Part shown: positions 47,501-59,900 of the stretch, piece after piece | Layout: each line of letters starts with the position of its first letter | Numbering within the stretch: the first letter of the stretch is position 1 | Assembly: GCA_973895155.1 (NCBI GenBank) | Contig: OZ316894.1 | Span: 7,402,234 to 7,466,233 of the forward strand | Origin: Marsupella aquatica | Taxonomy: Eukaryota; Plantae; Marchantiophyta | Direction: 5' to 3' | DNA: 64,000 bases | Made by a program: the position numbers and the translations under genes | The notes under the pieces: model-generated | What the model saw: only the letters and a program-made list of their open reading frames with translations | Databases searched by the model: none | What the model was told of the DNA's origin: nothing

Positions 47501-49173
47501 ATGCCATGGGATTTGATGGTAGTGGATTGACAAGGTGGGGTATACTGGCCACTTTGCCCTATTGGCCTGAGTTGAAGATTCATCACTTGTTAGACCCCAT
47601 GCATATAGAGGGAAATGTTGGGAAGGCTTTGATCAAGCACTTTTATGGGGAAAAGAACATTAATTTTAGGGAGGCATGCCAGGATCTAGAACGACATCCA
47701 GATGTATGGATAACAGTTGATGAATCCATAGGGATGGAACATCGTCCTTCAGCTCCATGGGTTTTGAGTGTTGGTGAAAGAAGAGAGTTTCGACAACGCA
47801 TAGGGCAGATGCGGTTTCCTACAGGCTATGGTGCCAATCTACGTAAGGCTTTTGGGATGGAGGACAGTCATAAATGGCCAATGTATCTCAAGACACATGA
47901 CTATCATCATTTACTACAACATATACTTCCTGTGGCAATCATAGGTTTGGGGAGTGAAGAAGTGCAAGACGCCCTTTGGTCACTGGGCACTTTGTTGAGA
48001 TGGATATGCTCAAAGGAAATATATGAAGAAGAGATACCACGGATGGAGGTATTGGCAGCAGAGGTGGTATGCAAGTTGGAGAAGGCCCTCCCTCCTTCCT
48101 TCTTTGATTGTCAGGTGCATCTTCTCGTTCATCTTGTGAGGGAGGTTGCCATTGCCGGTCCGGTGTATTGTAGGTGGATGTATTGGCTGGAAAGGTATAT
48201 GGCCGTGTTAAAGGCTTATGTACGGAACCGTGCACGAGTGGAGGGGAGCATGGCAACTGGATACTTGGCAGCTGAGAGTATGTTTTATTGTAGTAACATC
48301 TTAGCTACCATTGATCCTAGTTTTCCACGCACTTGGATGGAAGAGAGGGAAGTGGAGGAGGACCGTTTAACAGGTGCAAAAAAAACACGCTTACTAACCG
48401 CAGTGGAGTTGACACAGGTTAGTACTTTCATGTTGAGTAACAGCAATGTGATGGAAGATTGGAGAGAGTTTTATGAGGATGCAAAGAGGGAGAGTCGTCG
48501 CCCAAGGATCTTTCCAAAGTTCCTTGAGTATATGAAGGAGAAAGTACTTCAGTTGGATGCTATGGTGGCCCAAGGTGAGAATGTATCACATTTTCCAGAT
48601 ATGACTCCTGAGGTTCGAACAATTGTTCATGGTCCTTTAAGACTTGTTCAAACCAGAACAGCAATGTGGACACAAGGGAGGCATTTCAGGATTTCTGACC
48701 TTGATGAGAAGAGGGGAAGAACTTTTGATTGTGGAGTTCAAGGGCAGTTCATGCAAGATTCACAAAGTAGCCGTCATGACACTAATGTGATCAGAGATGT
48801 GGTGCCTCACTATGGGAAAATTGAGGAGATCTTGATCATATCCTATGATGCCGATTCCAAATTTGAAGAGTATGTCTTCAAGTGTAAGTGGTTCAAAATT
48901 CACCTGGTTGGTGATAATCGCACGGTACTTCTTGATGAGTGTGGGTTTACTCGACTGAAGACATCAGCAACTAGCTTTCAACCATCTCATTGGCAAACAT
49001 CTGAACCATTTACATTCCCAAGTCACCTTGAGCAGTGTTTCTATATTCCGTACCCACCAGACCTAGAGTGGTCAGTTGTTATACCGTATGTGCCACGGTC
49101 CCGTTCCATTATCTCGGAAAAACCTGACGTTATTATTGTGTCAAATGGAGGCGAGGATGAGGACCAGGTTTGA
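44594..49173 (+). CDS. CACTA TnpD/Tnp2-type transposase (~1122 aa; exons 44594-44827, 45905-47093, 47228-49173), apparently intact
   Basis: Transposase-associated CxCxxC...H domain; IHACVNDCILY, LASDGVSP, YNLPPW, HDYPG|FG..SG...KAC, LDPMHIEGN, KTHDYH, WMYWLERYM, FKCKWF; exons join in frame. Confidence 0.93.
44940..45754 (+). pseudogene. SET-domain (lysine methyltransferase-like) exon inside TnpD intron 1, one apparent 1-bp deletion at ~45165-45170
   Basis: HGYGIFSCQDI, PYGGPIY, IDGD...GNIAGFINS, NCEWV, VANRTILVGEELFTHY match SET motifs; AG acceptor at 44938-44939 is in phase with exon 1. Confidence 0.8.
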
Positions 49174-50459
49174 TGCACTAGTAGTAAAACTTGTTGTGGG
49201 CCCAGAATTTGACCCTAAACTAACTATCATGGTTTTATTTATATTAACATATTATTTTTCTTCTTTTGTTTTACAAACACTTAATTGGACTTTGAAATTT
49301 CATCTCACTGTTATATATGCAACCTTAGCCGTTTCCAAAGCTATCCTCATGCATGCCACCTTTTTGAAAACCCTAGCTGTAACCTAAACACATGCATTCT
49401 CCATCTTGTAAAGAAACTCTCTCAAACATTTCCATTCTACAAAATTTTCAAACAACTCTCTTTGCAAAACATTTTCAAGCTTGTCAAGAAGCAACTTCTG
49501 AACACTTTGTGAATAACACACCATCGGTAATTGTGATGCCAATGTGTTCTCAACTTTGCGAATCAACTGGATTCGGTAACTTGCAACTATTTATGCTTCA
49601 CAATATTGTGCGAAGCTAATAGGTTCACAATATATATTTGAGTACATTATTATCGCTAAATTATGAAACAAAAGAGATCCAAATGTAGTCGCGATGGTCG
49701 CGGATCCACAAATACTTTGCGAGACGAATAGTATCTGAAAGAGTTGCGAATTCAATCCGATCTCAAACAAATTGCGAGGTATTTAGCTTCGCAACACCAT
49801 GTTGCGAACCTGTGAGCATGGTTTATTGTGATGCGTGTTTGATCACAAAATATCTGAAGTCGATGACATCGCAAGACCATCCCGGCGTCAAAAAAAAGCT
49901 TTGCAAAAGGGGCCAATATGTAGTAGTGATTGGACTGGACAGAGTCCCTGCACCAACCATTCTCACTCTCTAGTTACACCTAGTCATATTTGACTGGATA
50001 TTTCTCACTCTAGTCACTGGCCATTGTAGTTGGATACTATTAGCTCATCACATATGTTTTCTTAGACCGTACTTAACACCCTTTTTAGATCGATTAATTG
50101 GTGCAATCTCACTTTTTTGTTCATGGGTTAAGTGACTCAAGTCTGGTTAGCCATAGAAGATCCTATGGCCTTTACATCATCACATTGAATGGAGAATCTG
50201 GCAGTTCCCATCACCCTTGGAGCAGAGTACACCAAGGGAGGGGGCTGCATACCATGAGGGCGGAGGAGGGCACTCAGAAAAAAGGGAGGCAAGGGGGTGC
50301 AGGTCTGACCCAAGAGCATTGGAAACAGGGGTGGACCATTGGATTATTTGATGTGACTATCTCTGGGCTATAAGATCGGACTATCTCTGGGCTATAAGAT
50401 CTCTTGTCACTAATACTATTGACCCGTGACAATTCCTTGGAATATTTAATTTTTATAAT

Positions 50460-53400
50460 TTTGAAAGCCACGAAAACCCCGTGGCAGGGGAAAGCTATCA
50501 GCGTCAGCCAAGGAAACAAAGGAACAACAACCCATACCCAGAACTCCGCAGAGCAAGGGGGCAAAAGTGGTCCACAAGTGTCAAAAAGAACTCAAAATCC
50601 CCAGATATCAAAGTTGGGGGACCAATGTCACCCATCCATCCCTACGGCTAAACCACACCATTCTTTCCAAGCTCATCATTTCACGCGCTCTCCGTAATCT
50701 AGCATATCGTCGATTATGGGGCATGCCCAGTCCCACAGCAGAGACATGATCCGCAGCCTCCGAAAGCAAAAATCTAAAGTCAAATCTATGAGTACCATCT
50801 ATCTGAAACATGTGTTCATTTCTGCCAGTCCACAGCTGCCACAGCATCTGGAAGAGAATAAACATTTTCACTACCTTCCCTGGTTCTTTGCCAGTCGCAG
50901 AATCTAAAAGCCTAACTAATCCATCAGGGTAGTCAGCAAACATGCCCCTGAAGCCACCAGCACAGACTGACCAACACTTCCTAGCATGTGTACATTGCAT
51001 AAAAAGGTGAGGAAGCGATTCGCTTACTCCAGGGTAGAGCTTGCAGTGCCCGTTACCCTTGCCAATGCGAGCAGCCCTCACTCCTGTAAAGAATCCAGAG
51101 GCCAGCACCCTCCAAATAAAGGTCTTCGCACGAGTGGACAAATCCGATCTCCAAATACTTGCCCATCCCTCTCTCCATTCCTCCACCGACTTGCTGGTCC
51201 CCTAGGTTCGATTCAGACTCTCATGATCCTCAGTAGTTGGATGCAGCAATTGGTAAGCACGGATGTTAGTGATTTTGAATTCCTTTAAAACTTCCGGTTT
51301 ATCCGCCCATCTCCAATATACAGGTCCAGGTGCAAATGCAAACTCACAGGAGTGAATACCCTGTAGTCTCACAGTAAATTCCCTGCACTTATCCCTATGG
51401 AGTAGAGAGAATCCTCTGATGTGGTCCCAACGATCCGAGATATCTCTCCATTCACCCAGCCTCTCACTCCATAGATTCTGAATGCACTTGATGCCCAGTC
51501 TTCCACATATCTCCATTACTACTATGAAATCTTCATTTGACCAAGCTTGAAATCCTTTCAAGCAGCGCAAAGTATCCCCCACACTCCATCTTCTAGGAAT
51601 CCTCCCCCTGGGCACAAATATCAAGTGAGTACGTAGCTCAGCCCAAGCCCTCCATAGGGGTATACGATAATCCATGCAGTGCACGTGGGGTGCACAGTAG
51701 CAATTTATCTTGGAAGGTATACTCATTCCTGGGTATTACTTTGTAGTTCTCCCAACTAATCAAGTTCAAGTTAGCTTCAAACATGCGAGCCCATTCCAAT
51801 GTCGGACAGTCCAGGGCACGAGTGAACCACTTTGAAAGCAAGGCATCCGAATGACTCCTGAACTCCTTGAATCCAATTCCCCCTTCCATTCTAGGCTGTG
51901 CCATTCGAGCCCATGATACCAGTGGGATCTTCCGTCCCCCTTCCGGATTATATCCCCAAAGGAAGTCTCGGCAGAGTGCTGTAAGTTTTCTCGCTAAACC
52001 TGCTGATGCCTTCAGAAACATAGTGTGGTAAATCGGTATTGCCTGTAAGATGTGTCGTATCAAGAGAGATCTCCCAGTAAATGAAAGTAACTTGTTAGCC
52101 CATGAGGAGAGTCTCGTGCCAATCTTATCTAGGCAAAATCTGTGGAGCTGTTCAGTCTTCAGATCCACTCCTATTGGAGCTCCCAAATACTTTTGCAGCT
52201 CTCCCCTAGCACAAATGATGCAGCCAGTATCTCGCAACCAGTTTGGTATGTTCTCCATTGCCATCGGAATAACTACCGATTTTTGCAAATTCAATCTTGC
52301 CCCAGTAGCAGTTTCGTAGCAATTCAAAATCACCGTTACTAGTTGGAAACCAATCTTAGTGGCCGGAATAAACATCCCTAGATCATCCGCAAACAGCCGA
52401 TAGCAAATCGTAAGTACCGCAGAGATCTGTATCCCCATAAGTCGACCACCTGCCAGCTCCGCATCCATATAATCCATTAGAGGTTGAGTCGAAATTACAA
52501 ATAGTAAGGGTGATAAAGGGCAGCCCTGCCGAACTCCTCGTCTCAGCCCAATGCCACTTGAAAGCATCCCATTTACATACACCTGCGAAGTAGCATCAGC
52601 TAGTAATGCTTGCACAAGTTTAATAAATTGCCTACTTATTCCGAGCAGATGCGTAGTTTCCCATATGTACATATGATTCACCCTGTCAAATGCTTTCTCA
52701 AAGTCTAGCTTAAGAAAGAGTGATTCCTGTCTATGATTCCTAACCTAGTCACTAGTAAGCCAAGCCAAAGAGATGTTCTCTAGAATGTTTCTGCCTGGGA
52801 TAAAGCCAGTTTGTTGTGGGCTTATCAGTTTGGGAAGAATCAGCTTCAAACGCAAAGCCAAAAGCTTAGCTATCAGTTTGTAGATAGTGTTGAGCATCGT
52901 CAATGGACGCCAGTCCTTCAAGAATCTCTTATCAGGCTTTTTAGGAATAAACTTGATTATTCCATCCTTGATCCTTGCTGCAATGCAACCTGTCAGCCAA
53001 AATTCCTGTACCATGTTGATCAGATCCACCTGAATGAAGTCCTAGCAAGCGCGGTACACCTCGATCAGCTGTCAATCCATCTGGGCCCGGGGCCTTATCG
53101 TTGGGCAGCATCCATAATACTTCTTTGATTTCTAAACCAGTCGGCAATCCCTCCAGCCAAGCAAGTTCAGCAGCAGATAATGCAACCGCAGTATGTGCTA
53201 ATAGTTTCTTACGAGCTCGTAAGATGTCCACCTATTCTGTCCCGGATGCCTCTACCGGAGCATAGAGCTCCTCGCAGCATTCGACCACTTCTGTAAGAAT
53301 TTGTGCAGGGTCAGTTATCTCCCGACCATCGGCCACTACCAGTCTGACCATAGCCTCGCGTGTGCGTTTAGCCTTAGTAGTAGTGAAATAGAATTTTGAT

Positions 53401-54973
53401 GGTTCATCCCCTTCTCCATCTCACCCTCGCCAGCCTTCTACTATAGTGTGCTTCTTCCAATTCTACCGCTAGTAGTGTATCTTCTGCATCCACATAATCA
53501 CGCAGGTCCCCTTCAGAGTGTTCCTCAAGTATTGCTATCTTTAGTGTTCGAAGCTCACTGCGCAGTGACGCCATTGCTACAGTCCGCTCCATGGGTGACG
53601 CCTGAAGCTTAATATAGGACTTCCGGAGTAACTCATGTGCTCTTCCAAATGCGAGTAAGGGGTCCGCTTGCCCTTCCGTCCCAGTCCTCCACGCTTGCTC
53701 CAGCGCCCGAATGTTTTCCTTGTTTCTTACCACCTCCGGATTGGCCTTAAAAAGTGACACTCTTTCTCCCAAGTTCTCCCCGTTCTCAGATTCAACCAAC
53801 CGAACAGTCATCACTACCGGATCGTGATCCGACAATGCAGATCCACCATCGTGCCAGAGCTCCCTTACTCCCGCAGTCCAGTCACCTTGCTCACTAAGAT
53901 AGAAGCGGTCCAAGCGCGATTGAACCAGGGCACCATTTCTATTTCTGTGCCAAGTGTAACGAGCACCCCTTCTCAGTCCTGCCATCGCAAACGCATCCAC
54001 CAAGTTGAATCTCACCTTTAGAAATCTCCAAAATTCCGCTTCCCGTCCCTTAATCAGCGGCGTACTACCAGTAGAATCATCTCTCAATTCTGTCATATTA
54101 AGGTCTCCACAAATAATCTAGTTCCCCTGTGGCAACATTAGTTTAAGGTCATGCCAGAGAGTGGCCCAAAGCCTGGAAGAATTTGGGGCATAAATACTCA
54201 CGATTCCAAATTGAATCTCTCCCCACCTCACAATCGCCCACACTGCTCTGCCCAGATCCGCCCGCCCCGAATCTATCACCTTCAAGTCCGGGTGGATGAG
54301 CAGCGCCGATCCCCCACGTCCATCGTCAGCTTCAGCAGTAACATGCTGATAAGATGGCAGGATAGCTCTCAATGCAATATCCATTCTGAATTTATCCGCC
54401 TTGATTTCTTGTAGAGCCAATATATCAAGCCGCTCCTTACCCGCTGTCACCTAGTTTTTCACCATTGTCTTCCTGTTAGGCTCGCACAGCCCACAGACGT
54501 TCCAAGAAGCAATACGCACATTGTGAGCCATAATCTTACCAGCTCAGCTCCCTCCCCACTCCACTCTCTTAGATACGCATCCTGCCCCCCGGGGAAAGGC
54601 CGCTCATCGCACCTCCCATGGAGCCTCCTACACGGTCAGCAGCCAGCCTTATAGGTGTCACCTCCTCTGCCTCTACCATCTGTGTATCAGGAATTCGAAT
54701 AGCAGAGGCGTGCACCTGTGTTGCACCCACCAAACCTTCCATTGGGACCACGCTTTCATCTTCTTGGATCTCCACACTGTCCTTACCAGCCAACGGATCT
54801 CCCTCAATCCCTGCAATTACCACAGACTCAGGTGAGAACTGTATAGAGCATTGTTTTTTGGATTCTTGCGCGACTCTATCCTTCTTAGCCAGTGGTGGTG
54901 TTCTCTTGTCAATTTTCCTGGCTCGTTCTTTCCCTTTACTAGAGATGTAAGATTCATATTCTGATAATTCCAT
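50460..54973 (-). mobile_element. Degenerate L1/Tx1-type LINE (ORF1 tail, APE endonuclease, RT, zf-RVT), 5'-truncated
   Basis: LALQEIK, SIYAPN, SRLDRFY, SDHDPV; KAPGPDG, WRPLTMLN, GVRQGCPLSP, LFADD, KYLG; ESLPHLFMQC. Several stops and frameshifts; ends approximate. Confidence 0.92.
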
Positions 54974-55461
54974 ATCAGTGTCACCGTGGTAGGAGTAGGC
55001 GTCTTGAGGGTCTCACTATATGGAGGACCCCCCCATCACCTGCGACGTTTTCATGCCTAGACCCCCATACTTATTAAGTTGATTTTTTTTTCCTCCCTCT
55101 TTCTTTCTTCTAAGAGTCTAAAATCCAATTTGTATTGCCCCTATAATTTGTGAAGTAAAGTGTCACATATCAATATAAAATGCCTAGAAAGAAAAGATAA
55201 GTCTATGTCAGTACCTTGTGAAGTCGTATGTCAGACATGGCACGACCTGCAACAGTTCTTGCACCTTTTTCGACCTTAAACTTTGATCATTTCAATGCAT
55301 CATTTATATTGTGTACCTAAAAGGTCATCCCAATATAAACCTTACGTGCATAAGTGGGATGGCCTTTAAGGTCACAACATGAATAATCCATTCCACCCAT
55401 TGATCACCAATCCCATGCTCCATCCATACTCCATTTAAAACTTCTGTTGAGAGATGTAACA

Positions 55462-55521
55462 TGTGACGGAGGGGAATTGAACCCCTAATTGAGAAAGGAT
55501 CTCAAGTTGCCAATCCGTCAC
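55462..55521 (-). ncRNA. D-arm-less tRNA-like (mascRNA-like) structure
   Basis: GTGACGG-ATTGGCAAC-TTGAG-ATCCTTT-CTCAA-TT-AGGGG-TTCAATT-CCCCT-CCGTCAC-A: perfect 7-bp acceptor stem, 5-bp T stem with canonical T loop, 5-bp middle stem. Expression unknown. Confidence 0.5.
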
Positions 55522-55607
55522 CCCCTATCCTATCCCACTACACCCACTAATATTAACAAAACAAAACATATATACAGACTCTCAAAAAGTAAACAGTAGC
55601 ATGACAT

Positions 55608-56915
55608 TCATACCATTGTTTGAAGATACTGATCCAATGCACGTGTATCTATTGGATCCAACACATAGATACGGTCCATAACCCCTTCTTTCATGGTTAA
55701 ACTAACACTAGCAATGACCATTTCAATATCCATCCATTTCAAATCAGTGGTATCATATCTGAATTCACTTTTGCTCTTACCAATAGGACTATACCAATTT
55801 AACAACAATTCACAAATGCTACCTGATTGCCCTGCGAGTGGAGTTGGCCTATCCATCAAATCAATTGGTGACCGACAATTGCCCCACCTACTACCATACT
55901 TTTGTCTCATTTGGACAATTCGACCCAACCAAAAGTATTTCTTACCTGTTGAGATTGCCTCCACCACAGCCTTATTCTTTCCTCCCTTTCTTTTTCCAGA
56001 TCTAGTACTTGGAGCAGGATTATCATCAGACTCAAATGCAATTGCACAATCAGTGCCAACATCAACAAAACATGAGTTAGGATTGGCTTCTTGCACTTTT
56101 CTCTTGCCAGTACTATAGTATAGCACTTGTTTCAACCTTGTCAGCCTATCTTTTGACAAATGCGGATTTCCTACCAGCTGGCTTACCAGAGTGGATTTGT
56201 AAATCACCTTGCCTTCATAAGTAACAGTAGGCACTACCTTGGTACGATTCTGCACATTAGTTACAGCATGGACAACTGATCCGAACACATGCCGAACTTC
56301 GTGACCTAATGTCTCAAGCTCATCTGAGGGGTCTACATCAAACTGTATATCATCTCTGTGTACATCATCTGAATGCATCTCAGGAACAACAATGGGATTT
56401 GGTTCTGTTAACCATGCATCTATTCTATTCAGATCATCCTCAGGATCTTCCAATTCATGAAAATCTCCAGTTGGGCGAGGATCTATGTCTGGTGGTTGGT
56501 GCTCTACTTGCTCCTCAGAATCATTGCAAACAATTGCTTCCTTCAGAACCACCTCTAGTGGCCAGGTCTCACTTTCCACAACCCAAGGACATGTCCACCA
56601 TCTCTTTCTAGCTGCTGGGAAAGAACTTCGTGGAGACATATGCAATTGATGCATAAGATCCTTAGCAGCAACAAAACCTTCTTTAAGGACTGCAACCACT
56701 AATTCATTAGTCTCAATGAGAGAATAGTCAAGTAGATTTGGTGCTTCCTCCCCTTCCCCTATAGGATGAATCTTCCCCCATACATGATCTTGTTTCTTAT
56801 GTGAACGACCTATCTTCAAGCCTTCTGGTCCATATTCTAGGGCAGCAAGCCGGTTCAGTCCAACAACACTATCCAACAGAGAGCCAAAATCATAATTTCG
56901 CTCATGGCCACTCAT
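55608..56915 (-). pseudogene. C-terminal part of the P-element-like transposase
   Basis: Removing the family A insert and one GCCTC joins GSDCCEIFFSKVGG to MSGHERNYDFG in frame. Confidence 0.65.
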
Positions 56916-56920
56916 GCCTC

Positions 56921-59900
56921 TGTGATACCTAGACAGGAATCACTCGGCCGGTTAAGTGGGTAAAGCAGGAAGGCACCCTAGGAACACCTTAGTATAGGGA
57001 CAAAACAAGGAAAATATAAACAATTAGGGGCAACCATGGAACCCGGGCAGAGGCCGGAGGTAAGGCTGAGGGTGAAAACCCGATTAGGGTTAGGGCGCGT
57101 TAAGCGTCGGCGGCTAGGAAGGATCAACGGGAAGAAGGACCGGCAGAGGAGAGGGGTAAGGAGCGCTTGCAGGAGATGGTGGCTCATTTGCGAGCACGAA
57201 CTAGGCAGACGACTACGGGAGGCCAACTACTGTCAGCTGCTTAGGCAAGCACTCGGGGAGAGAGTAGATACCGACCATCGACCTAAGGAGGGTATGAGCA
57301 ACGTCAATCAAGCGGCACATTTCTGGGGATGCCTGTTCGAACGGGCAACTGAGTACATCAAGACTTACGAGGACGAGGAGTCAGAAAGGGCAGCTCGAGA
57401 ACGGCAGGAGCTCGCTCGATTGTGGGAGTTGCAGAAGACGGCTTTCTTAGGAGGCGAACTCATCAAGGACGAGTTCCTGTGGACGCCTACTTCCAATCAA
57501 CTCGACGATCTTCTGTTTTGCAAAGACAGCGTCGTCGGCATCCGAGAGGCCATCAAGAACTGCAACGACATACACTGGGAATTAAAGGGTAGCACGGAAA
57601 GGTGGACCCGGGCAACGGTGCTAGGAGAAACCTCCACGGCAGCAGAGATGAAGAGGAAGGGGGCCGTCAACGATGAAGCCACCCCGGCAAAAAGAACGAG
57701 GTCGGTGGCACCAAAGAAGCCAGCCGAGCAGCAGAGCAGGAGGCAGGGAGAAGCTGAAGAGGAGGAGGTCGATCCCATCAAGGCCATTCCAACCAGGGAT
57801 GACACCTGGAAGGGCTGGGCGGCAACCCTACCGGTGGAGGTGCAACTACATTTTGCACGGGAGGAGGATGCATGCTTTACGGCCATGCAGACCAAGAAGT
57901 ACCAAGGCTTCATGACCGGATCCGGCTTGGAGGCCTTTGTAAGATTACCATGGCTGAAGCCGGAGGTACCGGAGTCAGACCTATTAGAATTCGTGGGGTC
58001 ATGGGAACCCGAGACCAATTGCACGAGGATATATGGGAAGGATTTCTATCTTACTCCCAAGGTAATTGCCGAAGTGTTTGGCTTGCCGATAGGCAATAAG
58101 ACCAAAGTTGATACCAGGAAGACCTTGCCTGACAAGGAGTTCCGGTCGTTCCCCGGGCCATCAACGAAGAATGGCTTCTTCCGGAACACCTGCACCAACC
58201 CGCACATAGGAGAGATGATCGACTTCTTGCGGGTGACCATGCATTGTAACTTGCCGAGGGCAGAGATCGGCAAGGCACAGGTCTACCTGGCAGAAAGGCC
58301 AGACCCAAGCCGGGACTACAACGGGTACCTCCTCAACCAATTGAAGAAGATCTTAAAGGAGGAGCAGCAGGTAATCGGCATGGGGAGCATGTCGCGGCTT
58401 GGCTATCACATGCCGCTGTTGTGCCGGTATGCCAGAAGTCAGACTTTTGCCCCGGTACTTCCCCTGCAGGTAAGGGCACCCGAGGAAGCTCCAACGCCGA
58501 GGCCGTTGGCTGAGAAGCCTCAACCACCTGTTAGTCCTACGATCGAGCAGGTGTTTAGGCCCAGGAAGGAGGACTTGCCGATGCAGCAACCAGGCATGCA
58601 GAGTCTGCTGAAACTACTGGAGAAAGAAAAGAAATCGGCATCGGCAACAACAACGGCAACGGCAACAATGCAGGACACTACTACAGAGGTAGGCCTACAC
58701 CGGCTCACAAGAGAAAACCCCTTTGCTGGAGACAAGGAGAGAATCAGGCCGGAATCCAAGCCAGGTGTTCGAATGTACGTGGGAACCTCAAGCTCCGAAT
58801 CTGAGGCAGAATTGCCTGAAGCTCCTACCGACGAAGAGGAGAGGGAGAAGCCGGACGTCCAAGAGGTAGAGGAGGCAGTGGAGGACTGCAGCCATGATAA
58901 TTCCGGCTATGGGTCGGACCATCACGTTCCAGGAGTAAGGACCTGTGGCCGGTTTGTCCCCACACTTCCAAGGGTAGTGCGAGGGGACCCCAACCAGCAG
59001 AGTAGCCCTGAGTCTCCCCCACCAGATGTTGCTCCCCCGAGCTTCGACGGCATAAAACAGACAGTGCAGGAATTTCAGGAGCGAATCAAGCAGGAGGAAG
59101 AGGCCGCCCTGGCTAAGGAAAAGGATTTACCAGGAGGAGATTGGCCGGAGGACATCAGGCGGCTAGCCGAAAAAGGAAGCAAACCTCTAGCCACGATTGA
59201 AGAGATCCGCAGGACGGCTTGGGAGCAGAGGCCACGATGGGCGATGCCGATCACTTCTACTTACTCCACCTACGCTAAGAATAGAGCCATGGAGTATGGT
59301 GAGATGTGTGGGGAACTTGCGCTCGGCATCTTTGGAGAGGAGTTGGAGGTAGGACCCTTTTTCCATAGGGAGCAGTTGGAGAAGCACCAATTAGAAGAAG
59401 CGGTGGCTTTAGAGAGAAGCAAGAAGGACGAGGTCATTCGGCGGCTTAGGAGGATGGAAGCCGAGATTGAAGATCTAAGGGCGGCCAAGAAAGCCCAAGA
59501 TGAACTGCGGATTAAACGACATGAGCTGAACATCATGCAGGGGCAGTTGGACACCGCGCAGGCTGATAATCAGAATATCAAGGATAAACTGACTCAGACG
59601 CAGGAAGAGTTGGCCGACACGATCAAAGAGAGGGAGAAGTGGAAGCAAGAGCTGAAGAATACAGAGGAGGCCCACATAACAGCCAACAGCCGGGCCATGG
59701 CGGAGACCCAAAGAAAGGAATGGGCGTTGAAAGGGGAGCTCGAGAAAATCCGCGGAGCCCTTGAGCAGAAGGAGGTCGAGTTAGGGAAATCCTATCAAGG
59801 GATTATGGCGCTGCAGCAGGAGCTTGCGTCCCTGACGGCCAGCTTCAAGGCCGACCTAAGGGAGAAGGACGAGATGCTCGAACAGACTTACGCCAAGATG

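Larger units (their letters stand above)
40040..49928. mobile_element. Full-length CACTA (En/Spm) DNA transposon, 9889 bp
   Basis: CACTACAACA...TGTAGTAGTG termini, TSD ATT on both sides, TTGCGA/TCGCAA subterminal repeats, TnpD-type transposase. Confidence 0.97.
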
